From a virus (lineage: Duplodnaviria; Caudoviricetes), in IMG/VR virus record IMGVR_UViG_3300020045_014710, positions 1 to 51,129 of that record: a stretch of 51,129 nucleotides of DNA, one strand, 5' to 3'. Positions within the stretch are counted from its first letter, which is position 1; each line of letters begins with the position of its first letter. Positions 1 through 9,081 of the stretch are shown piece after piece. The notes below the pieces were generated by a model, which worked only from the letters and a program-made list of their open reading frames with translations, ran no database searches and was not told the DNA's origin. A program made the position numbers and the translations under genes.

Positions 1-1
1 C

Positions 2-1699
2 AGTTAAGGTAACAGTCAAATCTGAAACGGCAGCAGCCAAAGTTGACGGAAAATCTAAAGTTGCCGACCCTTTTAAAATCGCGCCTATTTGATTTGTTCC
101 AATCATTGAGCTTGCCTGTAAAGTCGCCGTACTACTCACGGACATTGTGCCAGTAACGTCTAGAGTTGCACTTGGAGCCGTTGAACTTCCTATTCTTGTA
201 GGCTTAGTGAAATAGTTTGTGTTTGCATTTACGTTTACTAAGTTCGCTCCGTTCGCTACCGACATAAAAATGTTACTAACCGGGGCATTCAAAACAAGGT
301 TTGTTCCATTAGAAGCCATTGCGTAATTTGTTGTTGCTGGCGTATTAACACCAGCCCAAATAGTCCCATAACCAACTGTAAATTCTCCAATGTCAACTGT
401 GCCTGTTCCTTGGCTAATTCTCATTTGATGTAATAATGATGAGCCGAAAGTGGTAGTAGTATTTGTAAACATTGAATTACCTAACGAGTGTATTGTTGTT
501 GTCGGAGCGCTTGTGCCAAATCCTGTTTTAGCCGTTAAGAAAAAGTCGTTTTGCCCGCTCGCTCCACTTCCAACTAATTGTACATTGTTTGTTGTTCCAG
601 TGTTATACATTCTAATAATTGAACCGTGAGCCGAATTATCTCCATAAAATTCCATTGCCTTATGCGTACTATTATCGTCAAATTCAGCTATAAAACCACT
701 TGCTGATTTTTTCGCAAAAAATTGAGAACCAGATTGGGGAAGTAACGTTAATACTCCAGCGTTAGTTAATGACATACATACCGTACTTGCTGCCGCCGCC
801 GATACCGTTGGCGCTCTTGTGTTCCATGTAAACGCAGCGTTCCCAGCTCTCGAATCAACTTGAAAAACTGCACCTTGTTCCGCTTGCGTATATGAGCCGC
901 CAAAAAGATTGGATGAGCCTGTGTTTACGCCAAGTGATAAAACCGCACCATTAACCTGTGATAAAATACCGCCGTTTATTGTTTGAGTTCCACCATCATA
1001 AACATTTAAAATACCATTTAACTTTACATTGTTTAAAAAAGTACTTGTCGAATTAGCTAAAAAAGCTCCAGCCACCGTTGCCGAGCTACTTATCCCAACA
1101 TCACCCGAAACGCTAAACGTCGCCAAAGGGTCAACCGTTGAATTTATTCCAACATTGCCGCTCGTTGCGATTCTTATTTTTGGCGTACCTCCGTTAACAA
1201 ACATTCCAATTGCTTCGTTTGAAGTTGAGCCTACTTGTACTTTTGTACCGCCCGCATTGGCTAAATAAACACCAAAACCAGTTGATGCGTTTTTCCATTG
1301 CGTGTGATAGCCTGTATTTGTTGCATCATTTAGATACCAATTCCAACCGTTTGTTGTTTCTGAATTTAACCACCAAGAACCATTGTCGGTACTCGTTGCA
1401 GTTGTCGAATTTTGTTTTGCAATTCCATTTGTAGAAAAAGAAATCGCACTTGTTGAAAGCGTATTCGCCCCCAAGTTAACCGAGCTTGTCGCCCCCGAAT
1501 AAGGAACGTAGCCCGTAAAAGAAGGCGTGCCAGTTATTTTTGAATAGTCAATGTTTGGTGTGTACGTTAAAATTCCAGCTGTGCCAGTTGTTATAACCAA
1601 GCTACCATCCGAGGCAGAACGTTCTAATTGTTTGAATTTTAAAAGTGTTTGACTTTGTAAGCCAAAAGAAATTAAGAGTAAAAAGATTATTTTTTTCAT
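2..1699 (-). CDS. Fibre/adhesin-like protein with N-terminal signal-peptide-like sequence (partial, runs off left edge; not in ORF track)
   Basis: ATG at 1699 gives MKKIIFLLLISFGLQSQTLLKFKQLER; G/T/S/N-rich with GIGT-like repeats; the same frame reads ...GSATLDFPSTLAAAVSDLTVTLT at the window edge, a motif typical of Bacteroidota phage fibre C-termini. Only both ends were translated by hand. Confidence 0.7.
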   Translation of the reverse strand, partial: MKKIIFLLLISFGLQSQTLLKFKQLERSASDGSLVITTGTAGILTYTPNIDYSKITGTPSFTGYVPYSGATSSVNLGANTLSTSAISFSTNGIAKQNSTTATSTDNGSWWLNSETTNGWNWYLNDATNTGYHTQWKNASTGFGVYLANAGGTKVQVGSTSNEAIGMFVNGGTPKIRIATSGNVGINSTVDPLATFSVSGDVGISSSATVAGAFLANSTSTFLNNVKLNGILNVYDGGTQTINGGILSQVNGAVLSLGVNTGSSNLFGGSYTQAEQGAVFQVDSRAGNAAFTWNTRAPTVSAAAASTVCMSLTNAGVLTLLPQSGSQFFAKKSASGFIAEFDDNSTHKAMEFYGDNSAHGSIIRMYNTGTTNNVQLVGSGASGQNDFFLTAKTGFGTSAPTTTIHSLGNSMFTNTTTTFGSSLLHQMRISQGTGTVDIGEFTVGYGTIWAGVNTPATTNYAMASNGTNLVLNAPVSNIFMSVANGANLVNVNANTNYFTKPTRIGSSTAPSATLDVTGTMSVSSTATLQASSMIGTNQIGAILKGSATLDFPSTLAAAVSDLTVTLT

Positions 1700-1721
1700 G
1701 GGGTACGATTTAGAATGAACC

Positions 1722-1729
1722 CAAATGTA
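1722..1729 (-). promoter_or_regulatory. Bacteroidota sigma70 -7 element (TACATTTG)
   Basis: Matches TAnnTTTG, just upstream of the 1699 start and just downstream of a terminator. Confidence 0.55.
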
Positions 1730-1732
1730 ACA

Positions 1733-1764
1733 AAAAAACCTTACTAATTTAGTAAGGTTTTTTA
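1733..1764 (-). terminator. Intrinsic terminator after HU gene
   Basis: AAAAAACCTTACTAA-T-TTAGTAAGGTTTTTT inverted repeat with T tails. Confidence 0.75.
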
Positions 1765-1767
1765 ATT

Positions 1768-2019
1768 TTAGAAATAAGGTTTAAATTTCACCACTGTTTT
1801 CTCTGGGAGTTCTAGCGGTTGTCCAGTAGAAGGATTCCGACCAACCCTTGCTTTTCTGATTACGTTTTTAAAGGTTCCAAAGCCTAAAACTTTTGTTTCT
1901 CCATCTGTAGATAATCCCGTTTTAATAGCTGTTAAAACAGCTTCTACTGATCCGGTTGCTTCTGTAATTGTTTGTCCTGTTGCCGTAGCAACTTCTTTTA
2001 CTAATTGTGCTTTATTCAT
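1768..2019 (-). CDS. hup: HU family DNA-binding protein
   Basis: MNKAQLV...GFGTF...ARVGRNPSTG...VKFKP HU/IHF signature. Confidence 0.95.
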   Translation of the reverse strand: MNKAQLVKEVATATGQTITEATGSVEAVLTAIKTGLSTDGETKVLGFGTFKNVIRKARVGRNPSTGQPLELPEKTVVKFKPYF

Positions 2020-2096
2020 ACTATATATTAGCGATTGCCTTTACTTCGCGAGGTTTAAGTTTATTTTAAAGTGGTCAAATTCGACCACTTTAGATT

Positions 2097-2342
2097 TTAC
2101 AAATTTTGTTCTACGATTTTAAATAAATCTTTGATTGTTCTCGCATTCTCATAGTCTTCATCCGGAATGGTGCATTTGAACATTTCTTCTAAATCCATTA
2201 CTATTTCAACAATGTCAAGACTATCTATTCCTAGTTCATCTTTCAGGACTGAATCCTCCGTGATTTTATCCAGATCAATATTCGTTTTGTCTGAAATGAT
2301 TTTTTTAATTGCTGTTTTTTCTAATTCTTCTAATTGTCTCAT
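2097..2342 (-). CDS. acpP: Acyl carrier protein
   Basis: LGIDSLDIVEIVMDLEE phosphopantetheine attachment motif; acidic 81 aa protein. Confidence 0.92.
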   Translation of the reverse strand: MRQLEELEKTAIKKIISDKTNIDLDKITEDSVLKDELGIDSLDIVEIVMDLEEMFKCTIPDEDYENARTIKDLFKIVEQNL

Positions 2343-2360
2343 TTTTTTATTGATTTTTGA

Positions 2361-2594
2361 TTACTGTTTAAAATTAAAATACCTTCTTACGGCATATCCT
2401 CGAATGATGCTCACTACAAAAAACACAATCGTAATGATGATATTTTGATATAATGATACTGGAATACCCATTATAGGATACAATATCAATTGAATGATAA
2501 TAGAGGTTAGTAATCCAAGCAATGTTTGCGCTATGCTTTCTATTACGGATTGTTTCTTGCTTTGTGCTTTCATCTTATTTTCCGCTTGATCCAT
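2361..2594 (-). CDS. Small two-TM phage membrane protein
   Basis: QSKKQSVIES...two hydrophobic helices...RGYAVRRYFN, a pattern common in phage nucleotide-metabolism regions. Confidence 0.7.
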   Translation of the reverse strand: MDQAENKMKAQSKKQSVIESIAQTLLGLLTSIIIQLILYPIMGIPVSLYQNIIITIVFFVVSIIRGYAVRRYFNFKQ

Positions 2595-2991
2595 AGCCTG
2601 CGGAACCTCGTTCTGTTTCGCTTAATTCTTCTGACAGTTCAAATTCTACTTCTGGATAAGGAAGTATTAAAATTTGGGCTACTCTGTCTCCTTTACCATA
2701 ACCTCCAACAGAAGTACCAATCATCACGGCTGAAATTTCGCCACGATAACCAGAATCAATTACTCCTACGGAATTAGACAATATTTGTCTTTGTCTAAAG
2801 CAACTGGAACGTGGAAATACTAAACCAACAAAACCTTTTGGAATTTCTATTGCAATACCAAAACTGTACTTTACATGCTCGTTATCTAAATATTCCATGC
2901 TCACTGCAGTAAGATCCATTCCGGCATCACCATCTTTTGCGTAAGCCGGAATAACTGCGTCTTGGTGTACTTTTTTAATTTTGATTTTCAT
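2575..2991 (-). CDS. dut: Trimeric dUTPase
   Basis: Motifs AGMDL, PRSS, GVIDSGYRGEI, RVAQ, ERGSAGYGSSG. Confidence 0.95.
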   Translation of the reverse strand: MKIKIKKVHQDAVIPAYAKDGDAGMDLTAVSMEYLDNEHVKYSFGIAIEIPKGFVGLVFPRSSCFRQRQILSNSVGVIDSGYRGEISAVMIGTSVGGYGKGDRVAQILILPYPEVEFELSEELSETERGSAGYGSSGK

Positions 2992-3175
2992 TTGTCTTTT
3001 TTTTATCGATTTTGTAAACGTGATTTATTTTGTACAGATACGTCCTGTATGACATGTAATTTCCTTTGGGAACATTTAAACGATACGCTTTTGTAACATT
3101 TCCGTTGGTTTTTAATAAAGCCTTCTCAATCAATCTTTTTTCATGGAAGGCTAGGTTGAGGTTTTCTGGGGCCAT
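2975..3175 (-). CDS. Fis-like HTH protein
   Basis: EKRLIEKALLKTNGNVTKA resembles Fis/HTH_8. Confidence 0.6.
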   Translation of the reverse strand: MAPENLNLAFHEKRLIEKALLKTNGNVTKAYRLNVPKGNYMSYRTYLYKINHVYKIDKKKTNENQN

Positions 3176-3810
3176 TATTTAATTTTTGATTGTGGAATGT
3201 TTCTATTTTGGTTCCTGCTTTTCATTTTCCAATTATAATCCAAAAGGTAATTATGTGAATTTCCAACCAAATCATATTTGTCTTTGCTAAATGAAATTTT
3301 TACAAACGTTCTGATTCCTTCCTCTTGATTATCGGCTACTTTATGAATATTGAACTGATTCAGTTTAAGCATCGTATTGTTTGGAAAACTGAATTCGTTT
3401 TCTTTTAAGGCTTGTTCTTCCATTTCTTGCAATGAAATAACATCGTCTAAAGTTAAATTGAATTCAGAATTATTAAATACTGTAGGACTTTTGTCGGACC
3501 AGATATAATTAATATCATCTGTCAAAAAACCGTCTGAATGATAACCAGGTCTATTGAATTTTATATCTCCTTTTTGATACTGATTTTTGGCTGTGAGATA
3601 AACATAAGATTCATTGAAAGCATCAGGGCCAAATTCTCTATAAAAGTCAACGCAAGCCATACTGATTAGTTTTTTGAAAACATTTAGCCTTGCTTCTACA
3701 TCACAAACTGGATTGTCTTTAAGTTTAATAGGAAGGTACTGGTAGAACATCATTTCCTGACATTCTACCGCTAACGTACCTACAACTATTGGTTCATCAC
3801 CGTACTTCAT
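3175..3810 (-). CDS. Putative 2OG-Fe(II) oxygenase-like phage protein
   Basis: NRPGYHSDG (HxD), distal H in NIHKV and RTFVKIS. Confidence 0.55.
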   Translation of the reverse strand: MKYGDEPIVVGTLAVECQEMMFYQYLPIKLKDNPVCDVEARLNVFKKLISMACVDFYREFGPDAFNESYVYLTAKNQYQKGDIKFNRPGYHSDGFLTDDINYIWSDKSPTVFNNSEFNLTLDDVISLQEMEEQALKENEFSFPNNTMLKLNQFNIHKVADNQEEGIRTFVKISFSKDKYDLVGNSHNYLLDYNWKMKSRNQNRNIPQSKIK

Positions 3811-3811
3811 A

Positions 3812-4867
3812 TTATTTAACCTCTTTATTGAAATAGCATAAGTAATAGTACATTTGTTTCTCTTCGTCCCATCCTTTTTCTATGAACTTCTCGGCACTTT
3901 CCGGATTGATAAAATCTAACTTAATGCTGATATTTGTATCCAGATTAATTACGTTTTTAAACTTTTTTCTGGCCTCGGAAACAGCGGAGTTTGATATTGG
4001 GAAAGAAGAAACATCTTCAATGCTGTATTTTTCGCCTTTGTCCGCTTTGAAGTTTTTGAATTCTGGAATAAGATCTGGATTGCTTATTACTTGATTTAAA
4101 AATGCGGTTTCTTCAAATTCATCATTTTTAGCAAAATAATTCATGGATCGGTTTATGAACATGACTTCTTCTTTTTTGTCCTCAGCTGGTGCGATAACTT
4201 CTTTACCAAAATCCTGACAAAATTTAAGGTACTTTTTAGTCAAAAAGTTTTCGTCGTGAAATGCATCTACGCCAAGGAAGTGTTCTAACCAATAACGGCT
4301 ATCGTAGCGGTTGCTGTCCACAGTAAGGATTTTGTAACCTTCTTCTTTTTTGTAGTTAAAAATGATACAACCTTTATCAAGTTTATCCAAGGAAATTCCT
4401 TGTTTCAAAATCATATCTAAATGGCTTTCGTTTTCATTCAATTCAATGAAATCGTTTTTCATTTCTGATTTGAAAATCCCAATAGCATCAACAACATTGT
4501 TGTCAATAGAAAGGTTTGTCAAGTATGTTACATAAACTTCCCCGTTTTTAATGTGCGGGTGGTTTGACTGTTCGAATAAATGTTTAGTGATTAACTTTGA
4601 AGCTCCATGAATGTATTCTGGATTATTAAAAATTTGTGAAGCAAAAACAAACATATCGTTATACTCCAAGTCAACTTCATGAGCGAACTGATAATAGTTT
4701 TCTTCTTTTTCACGGAACGGTTTAAAGAAAAATTCTTTGATCAGTGGCGTAATTTCGTCATTAAGGCGATACGACTCGTTTGATAAAAAGATTGGTTCGT
4801 TACGGCTTTTGTTCCCTACTTTGTGGAGTGATAAGCTTTCGATTTGCGTGTTGAATAAATTGATCAT
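3812..4867 (-). CDS. Nucleoid-associated protein (NdpA/YejK-like, Bacteroidota type)
   Basis: 351 aa; LHKVGNK, HPHIKNGE, GIFKSE and LDKGCIIFN motifs. Confidence 0.8.
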   Translation of the reverse strand: MINLFNTQIESLSLHKVGNKSRNEPIFLSNESYRLNDEITPLIKEFFFKPFREKEENYYQFAHEVDLEYNDMFVFASQIFNNPEYIHGASKLITKHLFEQSNHPHIKNGEVYVTYLTNLSIDNNVVDAIGIFKSEMKNDFIELNENESHLDMILKQGISLDKLDKGCIIFNYKKEEGYKILTVDSNRYDSRYWLEHFLGVDAFHDENFLTKKYLKFCQDFGKEVIAPAEDKKEEVMFINRSMNYFAKNDEFEETAFLNQVISNPDLIPEFKNFKADKGEKYSIEDVSSFPISNSAVSEARKKFKNVINLDTNISIKLDFINPESAEKFIEKGWDEEKQMYYYLCYFNKEVK

Positions 4868-4868
4868 A

Positions 4869-5123
4869 TTAAATTTCTTTATAAGTTATTTTCATTTCTA
4901 CAGAATACCTTTTATTGTTAAAAGTTGCTTCTGTTGTTTGGGTTGCTGATTCAGCTTTAGTGTTTATTGCCATTTCAGCAAGTTTAAGAATTGCAACGTG
5001 GCATAAAGTTTCAATTGGTTCTTTACGAAACTCTTCAATAGCTATTTGTTGCCTTTCTTCATCGGTTAAATTATTCATGGTTGTGTTTGGATTAATATTC
5101 GCCTCTATACCAAGTATTTTCAA
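4869..5123 (-). CDS. Hypothetical protein
   Basis: Tightly packed in the leftward operon; real start may be an internal Met. Confidence 0.55.
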   Translation of the reverse strand: MKILGIEANINPNTTMNNLTDEERQQIAIEEFRKEPIETLCHVAILKLAEMAINTKAESATQTTEATFNNKRYSVEMKITYKEI

Positions 5124-5775
5124 AATCTACTTCATCAACTACAACTTCAACTTGTGCAGAATAAAGTCTAAATATTTTATGTTCCAAAGTTGATAATTGA
5201 GTTATTTTACTTGGAGTTACATTCCCTAAAGCAGACTGATAAGAAGATGAATTAAAAGAGAATATTTTCTTTCTACTGTCAGAAATAATAAATTTAATTC
5301 CGCACTTGTGTTTTTCTGTATCTGCATCCAGATCTAGCCAAACCTCTGTCCAATTGTGTTTTTCGTTAACTTCAATAATTACTGTAATTTCTCCTTCATA
5401 TTCAGAGTTGTCTTCCATTGCAGCATTTTTAAACATTTCAACTATATCTGAAAGTTTAATATTTTTTTGCTTAACAAAACCAATAGCGTCTTGGCATAAA
5501 TCCATAATTGGTTGCACATTTACCAACTGCATCAAATTATCATTTATAGCTTTAGATACTAAATGATTGTAATCTAACAAATCAAATTCTTGAAGGTTTA
5601 CATCAAGCTTTTGTTCAATTTTAGATTTTATTGCTTTGGCTGTTTCACTGTAGCTTCTGAATACATCATCTAAAACATCGTTAACCATTTTAGATACTTT
5701 TTCTTCTACTAATTGTGGTAATTTTTCGGCAACGAATTTGTCTGTTGCTAATTGAATTTCTTCGTTTAAGTTCAT
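5092..5775 (-). CDS. Hypothetical phage protein
   Basis: 227 aa ORF in operon. Confidence 0.75.
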   Translation of the reverse strand: MNLNEEIQLATDKFVAEKLPQLVEEKVSKMVNDVLDDVFRSYSETAKAIKSKIEQKLDVNLQEFDLLDYNHLVSKAINDNLMQLVNVQPIMDLCQDAIGFVKQKNIKLSDIVEMFKNAAMEDNSEYEGEITVIIEVNEKHNWTEVWLDLDADTEKHKCGIKFIISDSRKKIFSFNSSSYQSALGNVTPSKITQLSTLEHKIFRLYSAQVEVVVDEVDFENTWYRGEY

Positions 5776-5806
5776 CGTTTCGTTTTTATTTGATTTCCCA
5801 ATCGGT

Positions 5807-6034
5807 TTAAAATAATGCTAATTGTTCGTTAGCTTCTGGTTGTTTTGGTGGAAACATTTCGAGATAACTGTTCAGATAATCCACCATCATATCTGTTAGT
5901 ATTTTGTGGTTTGGGTAATAGCAATCCAGTATTAAAACCACTGCATCACGAAAACCTTCATTTATTTGAACGGTTTCAAAAACCATGCAATCCTGCGTAT
6001 AAAAATGATCGTGATGCGGTGATTTAGTAAGCAT
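5807..6034 (-). CDS. Hypothetical protein with C-terminal QLALF (clamp-binding-like motif)
   Basis: Operon packing; ends QLALF. Confidence 0.6.
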   Translation of the reverse strand: MLTKSPHHDHFYTQDCMVFETVQINEGFRDAVVLILDCYYPNHKILTDMMVDYLNSYLEMFPPKQPEANEQLALF

Positions 6035-6036
6035 GG

Positions 6037-6684
6037 TTATTCAGTGAAAGTTATTAGTTTAACTACCGCCATTTGTGCATCTAAACACTTCACTAAAGCA
6101 TTGGTTTTAATTACAGCTCCAAGCCTTGTTTGCATAAGAGGTGCTTCTGAAATATCAATTAAATTAGCAAAAGCAGTTTTTACAACATCAACATTAGTAA
6201 GGTTTGATAGATTGAAATTAACTCCTACAGCCTTTTCACCAAAAGTCTTTTCTCGATTATCGGCAATATCCATTTTTACTGAACAACCTTTTTTAAGGTT
6301 ATCTTTCCAAGTTTTACCGGAAAGTAAATCCACTACTTGACAAAACATTCTGTCTTTGTCTTTTTGAAATTCTGGAAGCTGATCATAAGGAACCATGCAA
6401 GGATGTTCTTTTGTTTCTGGATTTTTAACTTCACCATAAATCCATCCTTCTTTTTCTTTTTCAGATAACCAACTATCGTGTGAAGCGCTTGCTGGACCAT
6501 CAGGGTTATTCAACCTATGTGTAACTCCTAAAATTGCGCTATCACGCTGCCATTGTGGGCTATCATTCCATCCAACTTGACTATAATCTCCATTAGCTTC
6601 ACAAATCAATTTATTAGCATAATGACAAGCAATAGCAATACTTTTAATGTAATCTTCATTGTAATTTGTTTCTTGTGTACTCAT
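6037..6684 (-). CDS. RyR-domain protein fused to a putative Acb2/Tad1-like helical hairpin
   Basis: N-half HDSW...EGWIYGEVKN...KEHPCMVPYDQLPEFQKDKD (RyR); C-half TFGEKAVGVNFN...AQMAVVKLITF. Confidence 0.65.
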   Translation of the reverse strand: MSTQETNYNEDYIKSIAIACHYANKLICEANGDYSQVGWNDSPQWQRDSAILGVTHRLNNPDGPASASHDSWLSEKEKEGWIYGEVKNPETKEHPCMVPYDQLPEFQKDKDRMFCQVVDLLSGKTWKDNLKKGCSVKMDIADNREKTFGEKAVGVNFNLSNLTNVDVVKTAFANLIDISEAPLMQTRLGAVIKTNALVKCLDAQMAVVKLITFTE

Positions 6685-6725
6685 AATCGTTTTAGCACTT
6701 TACCTTGCCATCGGGTTTTTAAATT

Positions 6726-7274
6726 TTATTTTTTAGTGTAGAAACAAACCAAAACGATTCTTTTTCCTTCGGTTATTTCTTTTGGGTATTTGCTGTGAAA
6801 ATTTTGTGCATTGTATTTTAGCAATCGGTTGGGGTAACTGGTGATTACATCTGTCTTTTCCCAAATCGTTTCATCGTTTGCATCTTCATGAATTAATCTG
6901 TCAAACTCTTCATTGCTTACTAATGCGGTAAGCTCCGGGCCATGTGTTTTGTGGTTGTAAAAACAAGTTCCGTTTTTTGTAGTTCCTAACTGCTCATTGA
7001 TGTATAAAACCGAAGCTTTTGCTATTTTGTGGCCGTTTACGATATTATCAGCATGAATATTAAGATCAGTATCAAAACCGGCATAAGCACTTCTAATAAA
7101 TGTTAGCACCAATTCATATCCGGGAATTTTAAAAAACTCCAATAGTGATTTTGGGGTGTCCAGTACTGAAAATTCTTTGTCTGCTGCTTTTACAATCTGG
7201 AATTCATTTGCTGCACAGTATTCCTGTAAATCTTTGAAGGCTTGTTTTGGTAAAAAGTTGTTTATTACGGTCAT
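6726..7274 (-). CDS. 2OG-Fe(II) oxygenase (DUF6445-like)
   Basis: IHAD, VLYIN, GTCFY, NRLLKY..FHS, RIVLVCF. Confidence 0.75.
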   Translation of the reverse strand: MTVINNFLPKQAFKDLQEYCAANEFQIVKAADKEFSVLDTPKSLLEFFKIPGYELVLTFIRSAYAGFDTDLNIHADNIVNGHKIAKASVLYINEQLGTTKNGTCFYNHKTHGPELTALVSNEEFDRLIHEDANDETIWEKTDVITSYPNRLLKYNAQNFHSKYPKEITEGKRIVLVCFYTKK

Positions 7275-7277
7275 GGC

Positions 7278-8363
7278 TTATTTTCTAAATGATTTTCCTT
7301 TAAATTCGATGATGTTGAATAATTCTAAAACACGATCATACATGTGTGGTTCGTATTTTACTCCTAAGCTTTGAATGGCAAATTTTACATTACCAGGATA
7401 ATCTTTGTGATAATTTAAAGTGCCATGCGTTTTATTGATTCTTTTTCTTTCTCTTATTTTTACAAAAATGTCGTCATAACGATTTTCTAAAATAATCTGA
7501 ATTACATTTTTAAGTCCGTAATTGCTGGCAATTTGCTCTTTGGTTATATCATCAAAGCAGTAATTAAAAAGGCTGTACTTACTTAAAAAATCCTGCTTGC
7601 TGTCTTCTTTTTTTAAGAATTCATATTCAGAAGCAATAGTTCTGCAGGCTTTAACTTTGAATCTTAAATTTTTCCAATCCCTGAGATTATTCCATTTTTC
7701 TTCTAAAGCTATTTTGTAATTATGCTCAATCAGATGTTCGAAAGTTTGCATTATGGTAGATTTTCCGTTACCAAAATCGCCTACAATGAGGATTCCTTTT
7801 TTAAAACTTGGGATTAAATCTCTATTGTCAATATTTTTTATTAATCGTTCGCATTCAAAAAAGCTTGGGTCATTTGCAAAATATTTAACAATAGCTTTTA
7901 TGTTTAAAATGGAATCCTCAGTTAATTCATAATCTTTGTGATGCAATGTTTTGAATGCTTGGATAAATCCGTGATATAGATTTGATGTGTTTGGTATGAT
8001 TCCATCTTTTGCTTCAAATGTTCTTTTCTTCCCTTCACGAACATATTTCATGTATTCTATTTGGTTTTCTTTGGTTGTATCGTCTAAAAACAATTTATCG
8101 GCCTCATAGGTTTCAATTTCATTTTTTTCTTCATCAGTCAGCGTCATTGGGGTTGCATTAGGATTTAGAGCGTTGTAGTTGTTGAATGTTCTTACTTTTT
8201 CTATTAGGTGGTTGTATTTTTTTATACCAATTTTGTTTTCATCTGAGAGCATTTTATTTTTTGGAATAATAAAATCAATATCTTCTTTAGATAAATTTGG
8301 AAATTTTTCTTTTAAAGTTTCCGGAGTTACATATACAAACTCTTGCTCGTTTACTTTTTTCAT
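7278..8363 (-). CDS. Replication ATPase / helicase-loader-like P-loop protein
   Basis: Walker A GDFGNGKS, Walker B YCFDD, C-terminal DR..E.FNIIEFKGKSFRK; follows the initiator. Confidence 0.8.
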   Translation of the reverse strand: MKKVNEQEFVYVTPETLKEKFPNLSKEDIDFIIPKNKMLSDENKIGIKKYNHLIEKVRTFNNYNALNPNATPMTLTDEEKNEIETYEADKLFLDDTTKENQIEYMKYVREGKKRTFEAKDGIIPNTSNLYHGFIQAFKTLHHKDYELTEDSILNIKAIVKYFANDPSFFECERLIKNIDNRDLIPSFKKGILIVGDFGNGKSTIMQTFEHLIEHNYKIALEEKWNNLRDWKNLRFKVKACRTIASEYEFLKKEDSKQDFLSKYSLFNYCFDDITKEQIASNYGLKNVIQIILENRYDDIFVKIRERKRINKTHGTLNYHKDYPGNVKFAIQSLGVKYEPHMYDRVLELFNIIEFKGKSFRK

Positions 8364-8368
8364 GTTTT

Positions 8369-9079
8369 TTAGTTTGTATGGATTAAATTTCCGGGTTTTA
8401 CTTTTTCAGTACTATTTCCTTCCCATGTTCTTACGCAGGCTTTCCAGTCTTTCATTTTTGATTTTCCAACCATCCATCCCTTGCTTTCATAAAAATTAAA
8501 GAACTTATCTGCATCAACAGTGTTGTTTCTTTCTAAGCAATATTCTTTGATTTCTGGAATATTTGGAATTTTAAATATTTTTTTTGAATTTGAAACTTCA
8601 TTACCATCTGTAATTACACTTTCATTTTCAATTCCATTTACAGTTTCAATTCCAGTGTTTGCTTTTACTTTTGCTAAAGCAAAATTTTTGATTTTTATTT
8701 GAGTGCTTTTACCTCCATTTTTGCCTACTGAGGATCTTATTTTACTAAGCTTCGCATCATTAACCATTCTAATACAAATAAGTTCTTCACCATCAATTTT
8801 TAATACACTTTCGTCTATCAATTCATAAAAATTCAATTCAATTTCAAGCAAATCAAAAGAAGAAAGTTTAGCAATTTGTAAAGCAAAATTTAATCTTTGG
8901 TTATCTGTTTGCTTGAATTTTTGCTTTAGCAAAATAATACCGTATGATTCTGATTTATGCATCAGGCACATTATAGAAATCATTAAACCATGAGCGCCTG
9001 GACTACATAATTTAAGTTTATTGTTATTCATCCAATCATCTACATAAAGAGGAAGGTATGGTTGATCTGTTAATGCCAT
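8369..9079 (-). CDS. Phage replication initiator (YdaU/DUF1376-like N-terminus)
   Basis: PYLPLYVDDW N-terminus; C-terminal FFNFYESKGWMVGKSKMKDWKACVRTWE. Confidence 0.8.
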   Translation of the reverse strand: MALTDQPYLPLYVDDWMNNNKLKLCSPGAHGLMISIMCLMHKSESYGIILLKQKFKQTDNQRLNFALQIAKLSSFDLLEIELNFYELIDESVLKIDGEELICIRMVNDAKLSKIRSSVGKNGGKSTQIKIKNFALAKVKANTGIETVNGIENESVITDGNEVSNSKKIFKIPNIPEIKEYCLERNNTVDADKFFNFYESKGWMVGKSKMKDWKACVRTWEGNSTEKVKPGNLIHTN

Positions 9080-9081
9080 AA

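Noticed and set aside
1029-1434. Plus-strand ORFs 1029-1268 and 1210-1434
   Set aside because: They are antisense shadows of the long minus-strand ORF starting at 1699. The same applies to most short opposite-strand ORFs in the track.
2068-2091. Palindrome AAAGTGGTC-AAATTC-GACCACTTT and a similar-sized one inside the attC4 loop (about 50402-50429)
   Set aside because: Isolated short hairpins with different sequences; there is no support for a shared function beyond RNA stability.
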